Assembly (NCBI GenBank): GCA_049688015.1
Contig: JBAVJZ010000018.1
Coordinates: forward strand, 1 to 48,988
Length of the DNA: 48,988 nt
Direction: 5' to 3'
Origin: Candidatus Deferrimicrobiaceae bacterium
Lineage (GTDB): Bacteria > Desulfobacterota > Deferrimicrobia > Deferrimicrobiales > Deferrimicrobiaceae
The notes under the pieces are model-generated. The model was given only the letters and a program-made list of their open reading frames with translations, was not told the DNA's origin and made no database searches. This document shows positions 9,421 to 19,351 of this stretch, one piece after another (the first letter of the stretch is position 1; each line of letters opens with the position of its first letter). The position numbers and the translations under genes are program-made.

Positions 9421-9429
9421 ATCTCGTGA

Positions 9430-10344
9430 TTACCTTTTCACCTGGACCATCTTCTCGCCCCGCCATCTCGCCACGATCGGACTGGCCACGAAGACGGACG
9501 AATAGGTCCCGATGATGATGCCGAGGGCAAGCGCCAGAGAGAAATTCTGCAGGACGACACCGCCGAAAAGGAGCAACGCGATGCACGCCATGAACGTGGT
9601 GAGGGAGGTGATCACGGTTCGGCTCAGCACCTCGTTCACGCTGAGGTTGATCGTCTCGGAGAAGGTGCTCCTCTTTCGCAGGCGGATATTCTCCCGGATC
9701 CGATCGAAGACGACGACGGTATCGGTGAGCGAATACCCACCGATGGTGAGAAGGGCGGTGATGAAGAGTAGGTCCATTTCCCGCCCGAGCAGGTAGAAGA
9801 TCGCCACGAGCACGATGACGTCGTGAAACGTCGCCAGCGCCGCCGCCACGCCGAACTTGAATTCGAACCGCCAGGCGAGGTAGACGATGATCGCCAGGGC
9901 GGAGACCGCCAAGGCGAAGAGCGCGTCCGTCCGAAGCTTTTTCCCGATGGCCGGCCCGATCTCGGCGACGCTCTCCACGGTCTGGGGGTTGGAGGGAAAC
10001 CCCTGCCGGAGGATGTTCTCGACCTTTCCTCCCACCATCTTCTCTTCGGTCCCCTTGGCGCTCACCTTGATGATGTAGATATTCTCCCCGGGGACCGACT
10101 GGAGGCTCGCCTCGGAGAATCCTCCGGAGGTGAGGACCTTCCGGACCTGGTCCTCCTGGACCTGCTGTTCGAACCGTACCTGGAGGGAGGTTCCCCCCGC
10201 GAGATCGATCCCCAGGTTCCCGCCGCCCGTAAAGATCTGGAAGACGGCGTACAGACCGATCAGCACGACCGTCCCGGAGAAGGCGAACGAGTATTTCTTG
10301 AGCCGCATGAAATCGATTCTGGTTTCCTTGATGATTTCGAGCAT
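9430..10344 (-). CDS. secF: Protein translocase subunit SecF
   Basis: 304-aa ORF starting MLEIIKETRIDFMRLKKYSF...; six-TM SecF pattern; follows secD. Confidence 0.9.
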   Translation of the reverse strand: MLEIIKETRIDFMRLKKYSFAFSGTVVLIGLYAVFQIFTGGGNLGIDLAGGTSLQVRFEQQVQEDQVRKVLTSGGFSEASLQSVPGENIYIIKVSAKGTEEKMVGGKVENILRQGFPSNPQTVESVAEIGPAIGKKLRTDALFALAVSALAIIVYLAWRFEFKFGVAAALATFHDVIVLVAIFYLLGREMDLLFITALLTIGGYSLTDTVVVFDRIRENIRLRKRSTFSETINLSVNEVLSRTVITSLTTFMACIALLLFGGVVLQNFSLALALGIIIGTYSSVFVASPIVARWRGEKMVQVKR

Positions 10345-10395
10345 CGTCGTCGTTTTCCCCTGTGCCCCGTCTTCTTAGTCTGTCGATGCAGCCGG

Positions 10396-11991
10396 TCAGA
10401 TGCTCAGCGCCTGCATCGGCCGCCTCGCATTGAGATAATCGAACACGACCTTGGTGCAGACGAGCGCCGTGAAGAGGTTGATGGCCACCCCCATCGAGAG
10501 CGTCACGGCAAATCCCTTGATCGGGCCGGTCCCGAACTGGAAAAGGATCATCGCCGTGATGAGGGTGGTGACGTGGGAGTCCACAACGGTCCAGAAGGCC
10601 TTGTCGTAACCCGCATCGATCGAGGCACGGACCGATTTTTTCGACCGTAGCTCTTCCCGGATCCGCTCGAAAATGAGGACGTTGGAGTCGACCGCCATGC
10701 CGATGGCGAGGATGATCCCCGCGATCCCGGGAAGGGTGAGCGTCGCCCGCAGCAGGGACATCCCCGCCAGCAGGTACAGAATATTGAAGACCAGGGCGAT
10801 GTCCGCCACGAGACCCGCGAAGCGGTAGTAGACCAACATAAAACCGACGACGAGGATCGCCCCGATGATCGCGGCCCGGATCCCTTTCTCGATGGAGTCG
10901 CGCCCGAGGGACGGGCCCACGGTCACATTCTGGATGATCTTCACCGGGGCGGGAAGCGATCCCGCCCGCAGGACGATGGCGAGGTCCGAGGCCTCCTCCG
11001 GGGAGAAGGAGCCGGTGATCTGGGCTTCCCCCCCCGAGATCCTCTCCTGGATCACGGGCGCCGAGTAGACCGTGTCATCCAGCACGATCGCCAGCCGCCG
11101 CTTTACGTTCTCCGCAGTCACCCGGTCGAAAATCCGGGCACCCCGGCTGTCGAAGGAAATGGCGACGTACGCCCCCCCCCGCTGCGACTGGAAGTTCACC
11201 CGGGCGGTCTTGATCGTGTCCCCCGTGAGAACCGCGCGCGCTTTCACGACGATCGGGGTTTTGGAGATGCGCCCGGTCTGGGAGTCGACGTTCTTCAGGT
11301 AAAGGAGCTGGTCCCCTGCGGGGATATTCCCTTTGAGCGCCTCTTCCACGCTCGTTCCCTCGTCCACGAGCTTGAATTCCAGCAGGGCGGTTTTCCCGAC
11401 CAGTTCAATGGCGCGTCGCTGGTCCTTTACGCCCGGGAGCTGGACGACGATGCGATCCTCCCCCTCCGCGAAGATTTGCGGTTCGCGGACGCCGAACTGG
11501 TCGATCCGGTTCCGGATCGTCTCCACCCCCTGGGTCACGGCGTTCGTACGAATCGCCTGAACCTCGCTGGGCGGCATTCTCCCCTTGATCGTGGCCCCCG
11601 AAGAGGTCACCGACCCGAGGGTGTAGTCGATCGTCCCCCCCTCCTCCTTGAGCACCCTCATGGCCCGGTCCGCGAAATCCCCCGGGGGGAGAGTGAGCAC
11701 GAAGCCGTCGATCCCGTCTTTCGCAAGGGAGAGCACGGGGATCCCCTTTTCCCGCATGATCGCGCGGGCGTCATCGGCGTACCGCATGGTTGTGTTTTCG
11801 ATCGCCTTGTCGATCTCCACGGCAAGGCGCAGGAATACCCCTCCCTGTAGGTCGAGCCCCAGGCTGATCTTCGGGCTCTTCTCCGTCCAGGCGGCAGGCA
11901 GAATGTTGGTCAGGCTCGGCAGCACGAGAATGATCGACGCCGCCGTCAGGACGCCGATCAGTGTGGCTCGCCCCCAGATGTTCTTCCACAT
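10396..11991 (-). CDS. secD: Protein translocase subunit SecD
   Basis: 531-aa ORF with ...LGLDLQGGVFL...VDSNVLIFERIREE...; the SecD periplasmic and TM pattern. Confidence 0.92.
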   Translation of the reverse strand: MWKNIWGRATLIGVLTAASIILVLPSLTNILPAAWTEKSPKISLGLDLQGGVFLRLAVEIDKAIENTTMRYADDARAIMREKGIPVLSLAKDGIDGFVLTLPPGDFADRAMRVLKEEGGTIDYTLGSVTSSGATIKGRMPPSEVQAIRTNAVTQGVETIRNRIDQFGVREPQIFAEGEDRIVVQLPGVKDQRRAIELVGKTALLEFKLVDEGTSVEEALKGNIPAGDQLLYLKNVDSQTGRISKTPIVVKARAVLTGDTIKTARVNFQSQRGGAYVAISFDSRGARIFDRVTAENVKRRLAIVLDDTVYSAPVIQERISGGEAQITGSFSPEEASDLAIVLRAGSLPAPVKIIQNVTVGPSLGRDSIEKGIRAAIIGAILVVGFMLVYYRFAGLVADIALVFNILYLLAGMSLLRATLTLPGIAGIILAIGMAVDSNVLIFERIREELRSKKSVRASIDAGYDKAFWTVVDSHVTTLITAMILFQFGTGPIKGFAVTLSMGVAINLFTALVCTKVVFDYLNARRPMQALSI

Positions 11992-12030
11992 GATCTTCCC
12001 GTGCTCCTTTCCTCGCCTCCTGATCTTTTC

Positions 12031-12369
12031 CTAGCCGGTCTTCGCATCGGGGGCGGCCGCCTCCTGGCCTGATCCTCCGATGGCGCTGCGCGTTACCTTG
12101 ACCCGGACCTTGTCCGCGATCTCGAGAGTTACCGTCGTGTCCGTCAACCCCGTTACCGATCCGTGCAGGCCTCCGGAGGTAACCACCCGGTCCCCCATCT
12201 TGAGGTTCTTGATGAACTCCTGGTGTCTCTTCGCCGTCTTCTGCTGGGGGCGAATGAGGATGAAGTAGAAGACCACGAACATCAGGAGAAGGGGGATGAT
12301 GCCCGCGAGTCCGCTTCCCGCTCCTTCGCCTTTCGCGCCCAAGGCATAGGCAAGCCCGGTAAAGAACAT
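12031..12369 (-). CDS. yajC: Preprotein translocase subunit YajC
   Basis: 112-aa ORF with ...FYFILIRPQQKTAKRHQEFIKNLKMGDRVVTSGGLHGSV...; classic YajC. Confidence 0.85.
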   Translation of the reverse strand: MFFTGLAYALGAKGEGAGSGLAGIIPLLLMFVVFYFILIRPQQKTAKRHQEFIKNLKMGDRVVTSGGLHGSVTGLTDTTVTLEIADKVRVKVTRSAIGGSGQEAAAPDAKTG

Positions 12370-12393
12370 GGCTGATTACCCTCCTGGAATTAC

Positions 12394-13503
12394 TTATTCC
12401 CCGCTTGAACCGGGTGATTCTTGCATAAAATCCGCCAAATTTCCATTAGAAATTGCCTCGCGGATCATTTCCATCCATTGCCGGTAGAAGTGAAGATTGT
12501 GCACTGTCAGGGCCATGGAAGAGAGAATCTCCTTCTGGAGATACAGATGCCTGAGGTAGGCGCGGGAGAAGGTAAAGCAGGTGGGGCAATCGCATTTCTC
12601 GTCCGGCGGACGGGGATCGTCGGCATACCGCGCCTGCTTGATCGACACCGGCCCGGCCGAGGTGAAAAGCATCCCGGTCCTGGCGTTCCTCGTTGGCAGC
12701 ACGCAGTCGAAGATGTCCACCCCACGGGAGACGGCAAACAGGATGTCTTCCGGCGTTCCGACCCCCATCAGGTATCTCGGCTTTCCCGTGGGGAGAAGGG
12801 GGGCGGTGAAGTCCACCGTCTCCCGCAGAAGTTGCTTCCCCTCCCCCACGCTCACCCCGCCGATGGCGAACCCGGGAAACGGCAGGGCGCAGATCTCCTC
12901 GACGCTCCGCTTTCGAAGTTCGGGGAGCATCCCCCCCTGGACGATGCCGAACAGACCTCCCTCCTCTCTCCGGCATACGGCGAGGCTGCGGCGTGCCCAC
13001 AAAGTGGTTCGTCGTATGGCTTCCTCCACCTCCCTCCGTCCGGCGGGATACTCCACACATTCGTCGAGGACCATCCGGATATCGGAGCCGAGCGCTTCCT
13101 GGACCTCCACGGCGAGCTCAGGCGAGAGTACGTGCCGCGACCCGTCGATGTGGGAGCGGAAGGTCACTTCGTCGTCGGACACCGACCGGAGGGAACTCAA
13201 GGAGAATACCTGGTATCCCCCGCTGTCGGTCAGGACCGGGCGGTCCCAGCCCATGAACCGGTGCAACCCCCCGAGACGGCGAATCCGCTCATGCCCGGGA
13301 CGCAGGTACAGGTGGTAGGTGTTCGCCAGGACGCACTGGTACCCCATCGCTTTCAGCTGGGCCGGCCAAATCCCCTTGACGGTCCCCGCAGTCCCGACAG
13401 GCAGAAACGCAGGGGTCCGGACCTCTCCCCGCTCCGTTGTGATCGTCCCCGCGCGCGCGTGGGAGCCCGTGTCGCGGGCCGTCACGTTGAAGGAAATCGC
13501 CAA
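12394..13503 (-). CDS. tgt: Queuine tRNA-ribosyltransferase
   Basis: 369-aa ORF with ...RAGTITTERGEVRTPAFLPVGT...DSGGYQV...CDCPTC... (Zn site). TTG start with a strong AAGGAGG SD 5 nt upstream. Confidence 0.92.
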   Translation of the reverse strand: MAISFNVTARDTGSHARAGTITTERGEVRTPAFLPVGTAGTVKGIWPAQLKAMGYQCVLANTYHLYLRPGHERIRRLGGLHRFMGWDRPVLTDSGGYQVFSLSSLRSVSDDEVTFRSHIDGSRHVLSPELAVEVQEALGSDIRMVLDECVEYPAGRREVEEAIRRTTLWARRSLAVCRREEGGLFGIVQGGMLPELRKRSVEEICALPFPGFAIGGVSVGEGKQLLRETVDFTAPLLPTGKPRYLMGVGTPEDILFAVSRGVDIFDCVLPTRNARTGMLFTSAGPVSIKQARYADDPRPPDEKCDCPTCFTFSRAYLRHLYLQKEILSSMALTVHNLHFYRQWMEMIREAISNGNLADFMQESPGSSGE

Positions 13504-13617
13504 TCGAGCCTCCTTACGAAATCCAGGCGCGGACCTGTCGTCCTCTATGCACTTCTCAATCTCCGTCGTGAACCGCTAATTTCTTGTGATTCCGCCAATG
13601 CTGTCCCGCGACCGTTC

Positions 13618-14667
13618 CTAAAGAATCAACATGGCGTCGCCGTAGCTGAAGAACCGATACCCCTGCTCCACCGCAACCCGGTACGCCTCGCGAATCGGTT
13701 CCACACCGGCGAAGGCCATGACCAGAGCAAGGAGGCTCGACCGGGGGAGGTGAAAATTGGTGATCAGGGCATCGACAGCCCGGAACCGGTACCCAGGGTA
13801 TATGTAATGTCGAGTCATCCCTTCCGCGGGTTCCACCTTCCCGTCCCCGCGCGCGCGCGTTTCCAGGACCCGGACGCTCGTCGTACCCACTGCAATGACC
13901 CTCCCTCCCCTGTCCCGGGTCGCGTTCACAACGGCCGCCGTATCGGGGGAAAGCCGGTAGGGTTCGGCATGAATCCGGTACGATTCCACATCCTTCGTCC
14001 GGATCGGGGAAAACGTTCCGTACCCTACCGACAGGGTCACCGGAGCGACGTTGACCCCCCGGCCTCTTACCTCCCCGATCATCTCCACGTCGAAGTGAAG
14101 CCCCGCCGTAGGGGCGGCCACCGACCCCGGGCTCGCGGCAAACACCGTCTGGTACCGTTCCGCATCGACCGACGCCGCAGGATCACCCGCCGACCGGCGA
14201 ATGTAGGGAGGAAGAGGGACTTCCCCCACGCGTTCGAGGACCAGGGGAACGGAGGCATCCGCGGCAAGTCTTACCAGCCACTGTCCCTCCCCCCTTCGCA
14301 GGAGTGTAACGCGGAGTTCCTCCCCTACCCGGAACTCCATTCCTTCCCGCAGCCTTCGGGAGGGGCGCGCCAGGGCCTCCCACGTTTCCCCTTCCTCTTC
14401 CCCGCCGTCCCGCCTGTCCAGCAGGAAGATCTCCACGGACGCCCCGGTCTCCTTTCGCGTGCGAAGACGCCCCCGGATGACCTTCGTGTCGTTCACGACG
14501 AGGAGATCCCCGCAACGGAGGAATCCGGGCAGGTCCGAAAACCGGTGGTGGGTGATCCTCCCCGTTATCCGGCATACGACCATCAGGCGGGCGTCCCGCC
14601 GCCGGGGTGCGGGCGTCTGTGCGATCCGGTTTTCCGGCAGGGGGTACGAAAGCAGGTCGGTCTTCAG
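13618..14667 (-). CDS. queA: S-adenosylmethionine:tRNA ribosyltransferase-isomerase
   Basis: ...LPPYIRR...AAPTAGLHF...VGTTSVRVLE...RFFSYGDAMLI matches QueA. Only the stop end (13618) is firm. The ORF track start is a GTG at 14805, giving a 142-nt overlap with spoIID. I favour the CTG at 14667 (CTGA overlap with the spoIID stop), which gives a typical 349 aa. Confidence 0.85.
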   Translation of the reverse strand: MKTDLLSYPLPENRIAQTPAPRRRDARLMVVCRITGRITHHRFSDLPGFLRCGDLLVVNDTKVIRGRLRTRKETGASVEIFLLDRRDGGEEEGETWEALARPSRRLREGMEFRVGEELRVTLLRRGEGQWLVRLAADASVPLVLERVGEVPLPPYIRRSAGDPAASVDAERYQTVFAASPGSVAAPTAGLHFDVEMIGEVRGRGVNVAPVTLSVGYGTFSPIRTKDVESYRIHAEPYRLSPDTAAVVNATRDRGGRVIAVGTTSVRVLETRARGDGKVEPAEGMTRHYIYPGYRFRAVDALITNFHLPRSSLLALVMAFAGVEPIREAYRVAVEQGYRFFSYGDAMLIL

Positions 14668-15941
14668 GGCACCCCCCCCGGATTCGGGGCGAACGGCCCG
14701 ACGCCCCCGGGAAGGGATGCGACATGGGTGTCCAGATAGTACCGGGCAAGAATCTCCCGGTATCCCATCCCCCTTTTCGCCTTGCCGTTGGCCCCCCACT
14801 GGCACATGCCTACTCCGTGGCCATACCCCTTACCCGTAAATTTCCAGCCGTCGGCCGACGGCGCGATTTCCATCCACAGGCTCTTCACCCGCGTGTACCC
14901 TGCCGCCCTGCGGAACGACGATGCCTTGACCTCGCGCGCGGTCCCGGAGGACGTGAGGCGCACACGACGAGCCCGCCCCGTGGGCGTTCGCGTCGTGATT
15001 TCAATCCCGAGGTCGCCTCCTGCATGCACCCCGAGATCGAGAGCGATCCGCTTTCCCTCCACCGGACTCATGCGATACTCCCACCGCCACGCCGGGCTCT
15101 CCCGGCAGTCGTCGCACCACACGGACCGCAGGTAGGGGAAATCCGTCCCCCATGCCGCGGCCGCGCTCTCCGTCCTTCCGCCGCATGTCGAGTGGTATAC
15201 CGTTCGGGCCAGCCTGTCGCGGTAATAGAGGACCTGCCCACGGGTTGCCACCGCCGCGTCGCGAAATATCATCGCGATGTTTTCGACTCCCTCGAACACC
15301 TGGTCATCGACTCCTGCCACGAGGTCATAGTCCGGGTCGCGCGGGGCGGCGATGGCAATAAGGGTGTACGTGCGCACCGCGACGGCAAGGGCGGAAAGCG
15401 CCTCCGGATGAAAGGAGGGGGGCGCTTCCCTGGACAAAACGGCTTCGACGTACTCCTCCAGCGGCACGACCGCTACCACCCCGACCCCGCCGTCTTTGGC
15501 AGAAATGCGGATCCTGCCGGGGAGGCGCCGCCCCGAAAGCAACAAGCCGCCGGGTGCCCACACGTCAATCGGGGATTCCAGCAGCCTCGACTCGCCCCAC
15601 CCGATCCTGTCCCCAAATGCGCGGATCCTCACATCTCCATTCCCCATCGCAATCAGGCTCCCGCCTGCGTTCCAGGCACGCATCGAATCGCCCCGTAGCA
15701 GAAGGACGGAGGGATTCCCCTCCATCCTGACGCGCACGGGCCGGGAGACAGGGGCCGGAACCGGAGGAGGAGATTCCGAAACCTGCGGGGCCGGAGGAAG
15801 GGTTGATGGAGGAGGCGCGGGAGGGAGCTCTCCTTGCCTGGTGGGAACGGGTGCGGCACACCCGGTGAGGAGAACAACACAGGCCGTGAAAACGAGAAGG
15901 AGCGCGGCAACCCCCGCGCTCCCTTTCCGCACGTCCGACAC
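14664..15941 (-). CDS. SpoIID/LytB-domain lipoprotein (amidase enhancer / glycosylase family)
   Basis: 425-aa ORF. Lipobox LLTGC near the N-terminus, a Pro-rich linker, then ...VYHSTCGGRTE...YLRSVWCDDC...YGHGVGMCQWGA..., the SpoIID signature. Confidence 0.8.
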   Translation of the reverse strand: MSDVRKGSAGVAALLLVFTACVVLLTGCAAPVPTRQGELPPAPPPSTLPPAPQVSESPPPVPAPVSRPVRVRMEGNPSVLLLRGDSMRAWNAGGSLIAMGNGDVRIRAFGDRIGWGESRLLESPIDVWAPGGLLLSGRRLPGRIRISAKDGGVGVVAVVPLEEYVEAVLSREAPPSFHPEALSALAVAVRTYTLIAIAAPRDPDYDLVAGVDDQVFEGVENIAMIFRDAAVATRGQVLYYRDRLARTVYHSTCGGRTESAAAAWGTDFPYLRSVWCDDCRESPAWRWEYRMSPVEGKRIALDLGVHAGGDLGIEITTRTPTGRARRVRLTSSGTAREVKASSFRRAAGYTRVKSLWMEIAPSADGWKFTGKGYGHGVGMCQWGANGKAKRGMGYREILARYYLDTHVASLPGGVGPFAPNPGGVP

Positions 15942-15958
15942 TTATCGCGTCCGGCGGC

Positions 15959-16759
15959 TCATTCCCCACCTTCCCCTTTCCGTCCTGCTCCCCCAGGTCC
16001 CCCCTTCTCCTTGGCGGATCTGGCCAGTTCGATGAACGGCGTGAACAGATCGATAGGAACCGGAAATATGGTGGTCGAGTTGTTCTCCGCCGCCACCTCC
16101 CGAAGCGTCTGCAGGAATCGCAACTGCAGCGCAATCGAGTGCTCCCCGAGAATCTTCGCGGCATCGGACAGTTTCTGTGCGGCCTGAAACTCCCCTTCGG
16201 CCCCGATGACCTTGGCGCGCCGCTCCCGCTCCGCCTCCGCCTGTTTCGCCATGGCGCGCTGCATCTCCTGCGGCAGGTCGATGTGCTTGATCTCCACCTT
16301 CGACACCTTGATCCCCCAGGGGTCGGTGTCCTTGTCGAGGATCTCCTGGATGTGCGCGTTGATCTTCTCCCGCTCGGAAAGCAGGTCGTCGAGCTCTCCC
16401 TGACCGCACACAGACCGAAGTGTCGTCTGCGCGAGCTGCGAGGTGGCGTACAGGTAGTTCTCCACCGTGATGATCGCCCGGTTGGGGTCCAGAACGCGGA
16501 AATAGAGGACGGCGTTCACCTTGACGGAGACGTTGTCCCGCGTAATCACGTCCTGCGAGGGAACGTCCATCGCCACCACGCGAAGATCGACCCGGACCAT
16601 CTTGTCGATCATGGGGATGAGGAGGATCAGTCCGGGCCCCTTGGCGCCGATGACACGGCCGAGCCGAAATACCACGCCCCGTTCGTACTCGTTCAATATC
16701 TTGATCGCGCTGTACAGGAACAGGACTGCGATGACCAGGATCGCAACAGAGGGAAACAT
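15959..16759 (-). CDS. SPFH/band-7 stomatin-like protein (slipin)
   Basis: 266-aa ORF with ...[15 protein letters not shown]...[20 protein letters not shown]...[12 protein letters not shown]...; classic prokaryotic stomatin. Paired with nfeD. Confidence 0.85.
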   Translation of the reverse strand: MFPSVAILVIAVLFLYSAIKILNEYERGVVFRLGRVIGAKGPGLILLIPMIDKMVRVDLRVVAMDVPSQDVITRDNVSVKVNAVLYFRVLDPNRAIITVENYLYATSQLAQTTLRSVCGQGELDDLLSEREKINAHIQEILDKDTDPWGIKVSKVEIKHIDLPQEMQRAMAKQAEAERERRAKVIGAEGEFQAAQKLSDAAKILGEHSIALQLRFLQTLREVAAENNSTTIFPVPIDLFTPFIELARSAKEKGGPGGAGRKGEGGE

Positions 16760-16765
16760 TTCGCG

Positions 16766-18160
16766 TTACCTCCTATTGGGTTCCGCTGGACTTAAGCGGG
16801 GCCTTTCCTGCGGCTTCACGACCAGCGTCATTTCCTTCCTCTCCACTACCGTCACCTTGTCGCCTTTCCGAAGGGGGAGGAGGCACTCCGCGTCCCATAA
16901 TTCCCCCACGACGAAGACTTTCCCCTTTCCCGTGAAGTCCGCCACCGCCACCCCGGTCTCTCCGATCATCCCCTCCGACCCCGTCGCGGGCCGACGGAGC
17001 TGGGCGCGCACCGCAAGGGTTACGACCGTACCGAAGAACACGGCGGTAATCCCGACCATGGTGAGTATGACCGCCCAGGAAATGCGCAGATACGGATCCG
17101 CGGAGGACCGGAAAAGCATGATGCTGCCGAGGACCAGGGAGATGATCCCCCCGATAGTCAGAGCTCCGTGGGAGGCGATCTTGATCTCCAGAATGAAGAG
17201 GATCATCGCCAGCGCGATGAGAAGGAACCCCGCATAGTTGGCCGAGAGCGTCTGCAGGGAATAGAACCCCAGGATCAGGGAGATTCCTCCGACCACCCCC
17301 GGGAAGACCGCGCCGGGGTTGGAAAGCTCGAAGAAGATTCCGTAGACACCGACCATCATCAGGATATACGCGATGGTCGGGTCCGCCAGCGCCGAAAGCA
17401 CCCGGTGCCGAAACCCCATCGAAATACGCGTTATCGGCGCGCCCTTCGTCCGCAAGGTGACCTTTTCCCCGCCCTTCTCGATTGCGCGTCCGTCGATGGC
17501 AGATAGGAGGTCCTTGAGGGACGGGGCAATGAGATCGACCACACGCTGCTTTCTGGCGTCCGTTGCCGTCAGGGATACGCTCTCGCGGACCGCCTTCTCG
17601 GCCCACTCCCCGTTACGCCCCTTCTTCTCTGCGAGGGACCGGGCATACGCGGCGGCGTCGTTCTCCACCTTCCTCGCCATCGTGTTGTCCATCCCCCCAC
17701 CGCCGATGCCGACGGGGTGGGCCGCACCGATGTTGGTGCCGGGAGCCATGGCGGCGATATCCGCCGCGAGGGTGATCAATACCCCCGCGGAGGCGGCACG
17801 TGCGCCCGGGGGGGAAACGTACACACAAACGGGGACGGGGGTCCGGATAATCTCCTGGACCATCTGCCGCATGGCGGTATCGAGGCCTCCGGGAGTGTCC
17901 AGCTCTAGGACGAGCAGTGTCGCCTTCTCCTCCTCCGCACGTTCGATGGCGGAGGAGAGGTAATCGGCGGTGACGGGATTGATGGACGTGGAGATCGTTG
18001 CGACCATCACGGGGCCCGGGGCTGCGGCTAGGGACCCACCGACGCCCCACGCCGCGGCAACCCAGAAGAGAACCGCGAGCGCCGTCAACGGGCGCCCCCG
18101 CCCGCAGACAGATGCGGCGGCGGCCCGGGAAGAGTATGATCCATGAACAGGCGGCTTCAC
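16766..18160 (-). CDS. NfeD-family membrane-bound ClpP-class serine protease
   Basis: 464-aa ORF with a signal/TM region, a ClpP-like domain (LVLELDTPGGL...), a multi-TM region and a C-terminal OB-like NfeD domain (...GKVFVVGELWDAE...). Directly upstream of the stomatin gene. Confidence 0.8.
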   Translation of the reverse strand: MKPPVHGSYSSRAAAASVCGRGRPLTALAVLFWVAAAWGVGGSLAAAPGPVMVATISTSINPVTADYLSSAIERAEEEKATLLVLELDTPGGLDTAMRQMVQEIIRTPVPVCVYVSPPGARAASAGVLITLAADIAAMAPGTNIGAAHPVGIGGGGMDNTMARKVENDAAAYARSLAEKKGRNGEWAEKAVRESVSLTATDARKQRVVDLIAPSLKDLLSAIDGRAIEKGGEKVTLRTKGAPITRISMGFRHRVLSALADPTIAYILMMVGVYGIFFELSNPGAVFPGVVGGISLILGFYSLQTLSANYAGFLLIALAMILFILEIKIASHGALTIGGIISLVLGSIMLFRSSADPYLRISWAVILTMVGITAVFFGTVVTLAVRAQLRRPATGSEGMIGETGVAVADFTGKGKVFVVGELWDAECLLPLRKGDKVTVVERKEMTLVVKPQERPRLSPAEPNRR

Positions 18161-19350
18161 GTTCCTCTCACGCGTAACACGGCAAATTTGAGATATTCCG
18201 TTTCGGGCACCCCGAGAAGGACCGGATGGTCGGGGGACTGTCCCCCTTTGGCGATGACGTGAACGTCCACACGGGCATCGGCGGCCGCGTCCCGGAGCGC
18301 CTCATACCATTTGGCCATATCGACCAGTTGCGTGCAAGAAGAGGTGGCGAGGATCCCGCCGGGTGCCAGAAGGGACAGGCCGAGCCGGTTGATGTCCCGG
18401 TATCCCCGGACCGCCCCTTCCCTTCCTTGCCGGGACTTGGTGAAGGAGGGGGGATCGAGGATGACGAGGTCGAATCTGCGTCCAGCGCTCAATAGCTCCC
18501 GCAGCACGGGAAAGAGGTTCCCCGCCCTTCCCTCCCACCTGTCCCCGAACCCGTTCCTGGCCGCGTTTTCGCTCGCCGCGGCAACCGCTTCCCCTGAAAC
18601 ATCGATTCCGAGCACTCTCGCCGCGCCTCCCGCAAGAGCATATATTCCGAAGGCCCCGGTGGAACAGAATCCGTCGAGCACAGACTTCCCCCGCGCCAGC
18701 CCCCGTACAATCCTGCGGTTCTCCCGATGATCCAGGAAGAACCCCGTCTTCGGGCCCGCCTCCGCGTCCACCAGAAAGCGACATCCGTCCAAGGTAACCG
18801 TTTCCTGCGGAGACCCGTCACCCCCAAGGACCCCCTTCCTCTCCGGCAGCCCCTCGAGCCTGCGCCCCCCCCCCTCGGACCGTTCGTAAAGGAGGCGGGG
18901 GGACAGCAAATCGCCGAGAACCGACACGATCTCACGGCGGAGCAACTCCATCCCGGCCGTGAGGATCTGCACGGAGAGGAGGGTCCCGAACCGGTCGACG
19001 ACAAGTCCGGGGAGAAAATCGCCCTCGGAATACACCAGACGAAGGGCTTCCAGGCACCCCATTCCCGCCTCCTCCCTCCGGCGTAGCGCCTGGCGGATCC
19101 TCTTTTCGAGGAACATCCTCGAAGGGCGCACCGTGTCGTGCGAGACGAGCCGGAGCGCGATCCGGCTCGCGAGGTTGCAGGTGGCGGTCCCAAGGATTTC
19201 CCCGGCGCGCGAGGTGACGAGAACCCACTGCCCGTACGGCAGGCGAGGCGGAACCTCCCGCAGATCGTCTCCGAACACCCAGAGGTGTCCGCAACGGAGT
19301 CGTTCCTCCGCCTTTCTGCTGATCTTTACCGAGGGAAGGGAATCGTTCAT
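18157..19350 (-). CDS. Class I SAM-dependent rRNA methyltransferase, RlmI-like (PUA + MTase)
   Basis: ...RLRCGHLWVFGDDL... (PUA-like N-terminus), ...VLDGFCSTGAFG... (SAM motif I), ...DLVILDPPSF... (motif IV). The ATG at 19350 sits 1 nt after the udg stop; the track start at 19377 overlaps udg. Confidence 0.75.
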   Translation of the reverse strand: MNDSLPSVKISRKAEERLRCGHLWVFGDDLREVPPRLPYGQWVLVTSRAGEILGTATCNLASRIALRLVSHDTVRPSRMFLEKRIRQALRRREEAGMGCLEALRLVYSEGDFLPGLVVDRFGTLLSVQILTAGMELLRREIVSVLGDLLSPRLLYERSEGGGRRLEGLPERKGVLGGDGSPQETVTLDGCRFLVDAEAGPKTGFFLDHRENRRIVRGLARGKSVLDGFCSTGAFGIYALAGGAARVLGIDVSGEAVAAASENAARNGFGDRWEGRAGNLFPVLRELLSAGRRFDLVILDPPSFTKSRQGREGAVRGYRDINRLGLSLLAPGGILATSSCTQLVDMAKWYEALRDAAADARVDVHVIAKGGQSPDHPVLLGVPETEYLKFAVLRVRGT

Positions 19351-19351
19351 C

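Noticed and set aside
12421-14739. 772-aa plus-strand ORF, the longest non-annotated ORF in the window, spanning the tgt-queA spacer.
   Set aside because: It is entirely antisense to tgt and queA, which have unmistakable motifs. Its translation is R/G/P/H-rich low-complexity sequence, typical of stop-depleted antisense frames in high-GC DNA. No recognisable domain.
18865-18874. Homopolymer runs, considered as phase-variation or frameshift sites: C10 here in the rlmI-like gene, C9 at 11172..11180 in secD, and the C8 run (G8 on the coding strand) at the spoIID/queA junction.
   Set aside because: The runs in secD and the rlmI-like gene are in frame (poly-Gly codons) with conserved sequence on both sides. 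There is no evidence of a shift. They are flagged only as possible sequencing-error hotspots.
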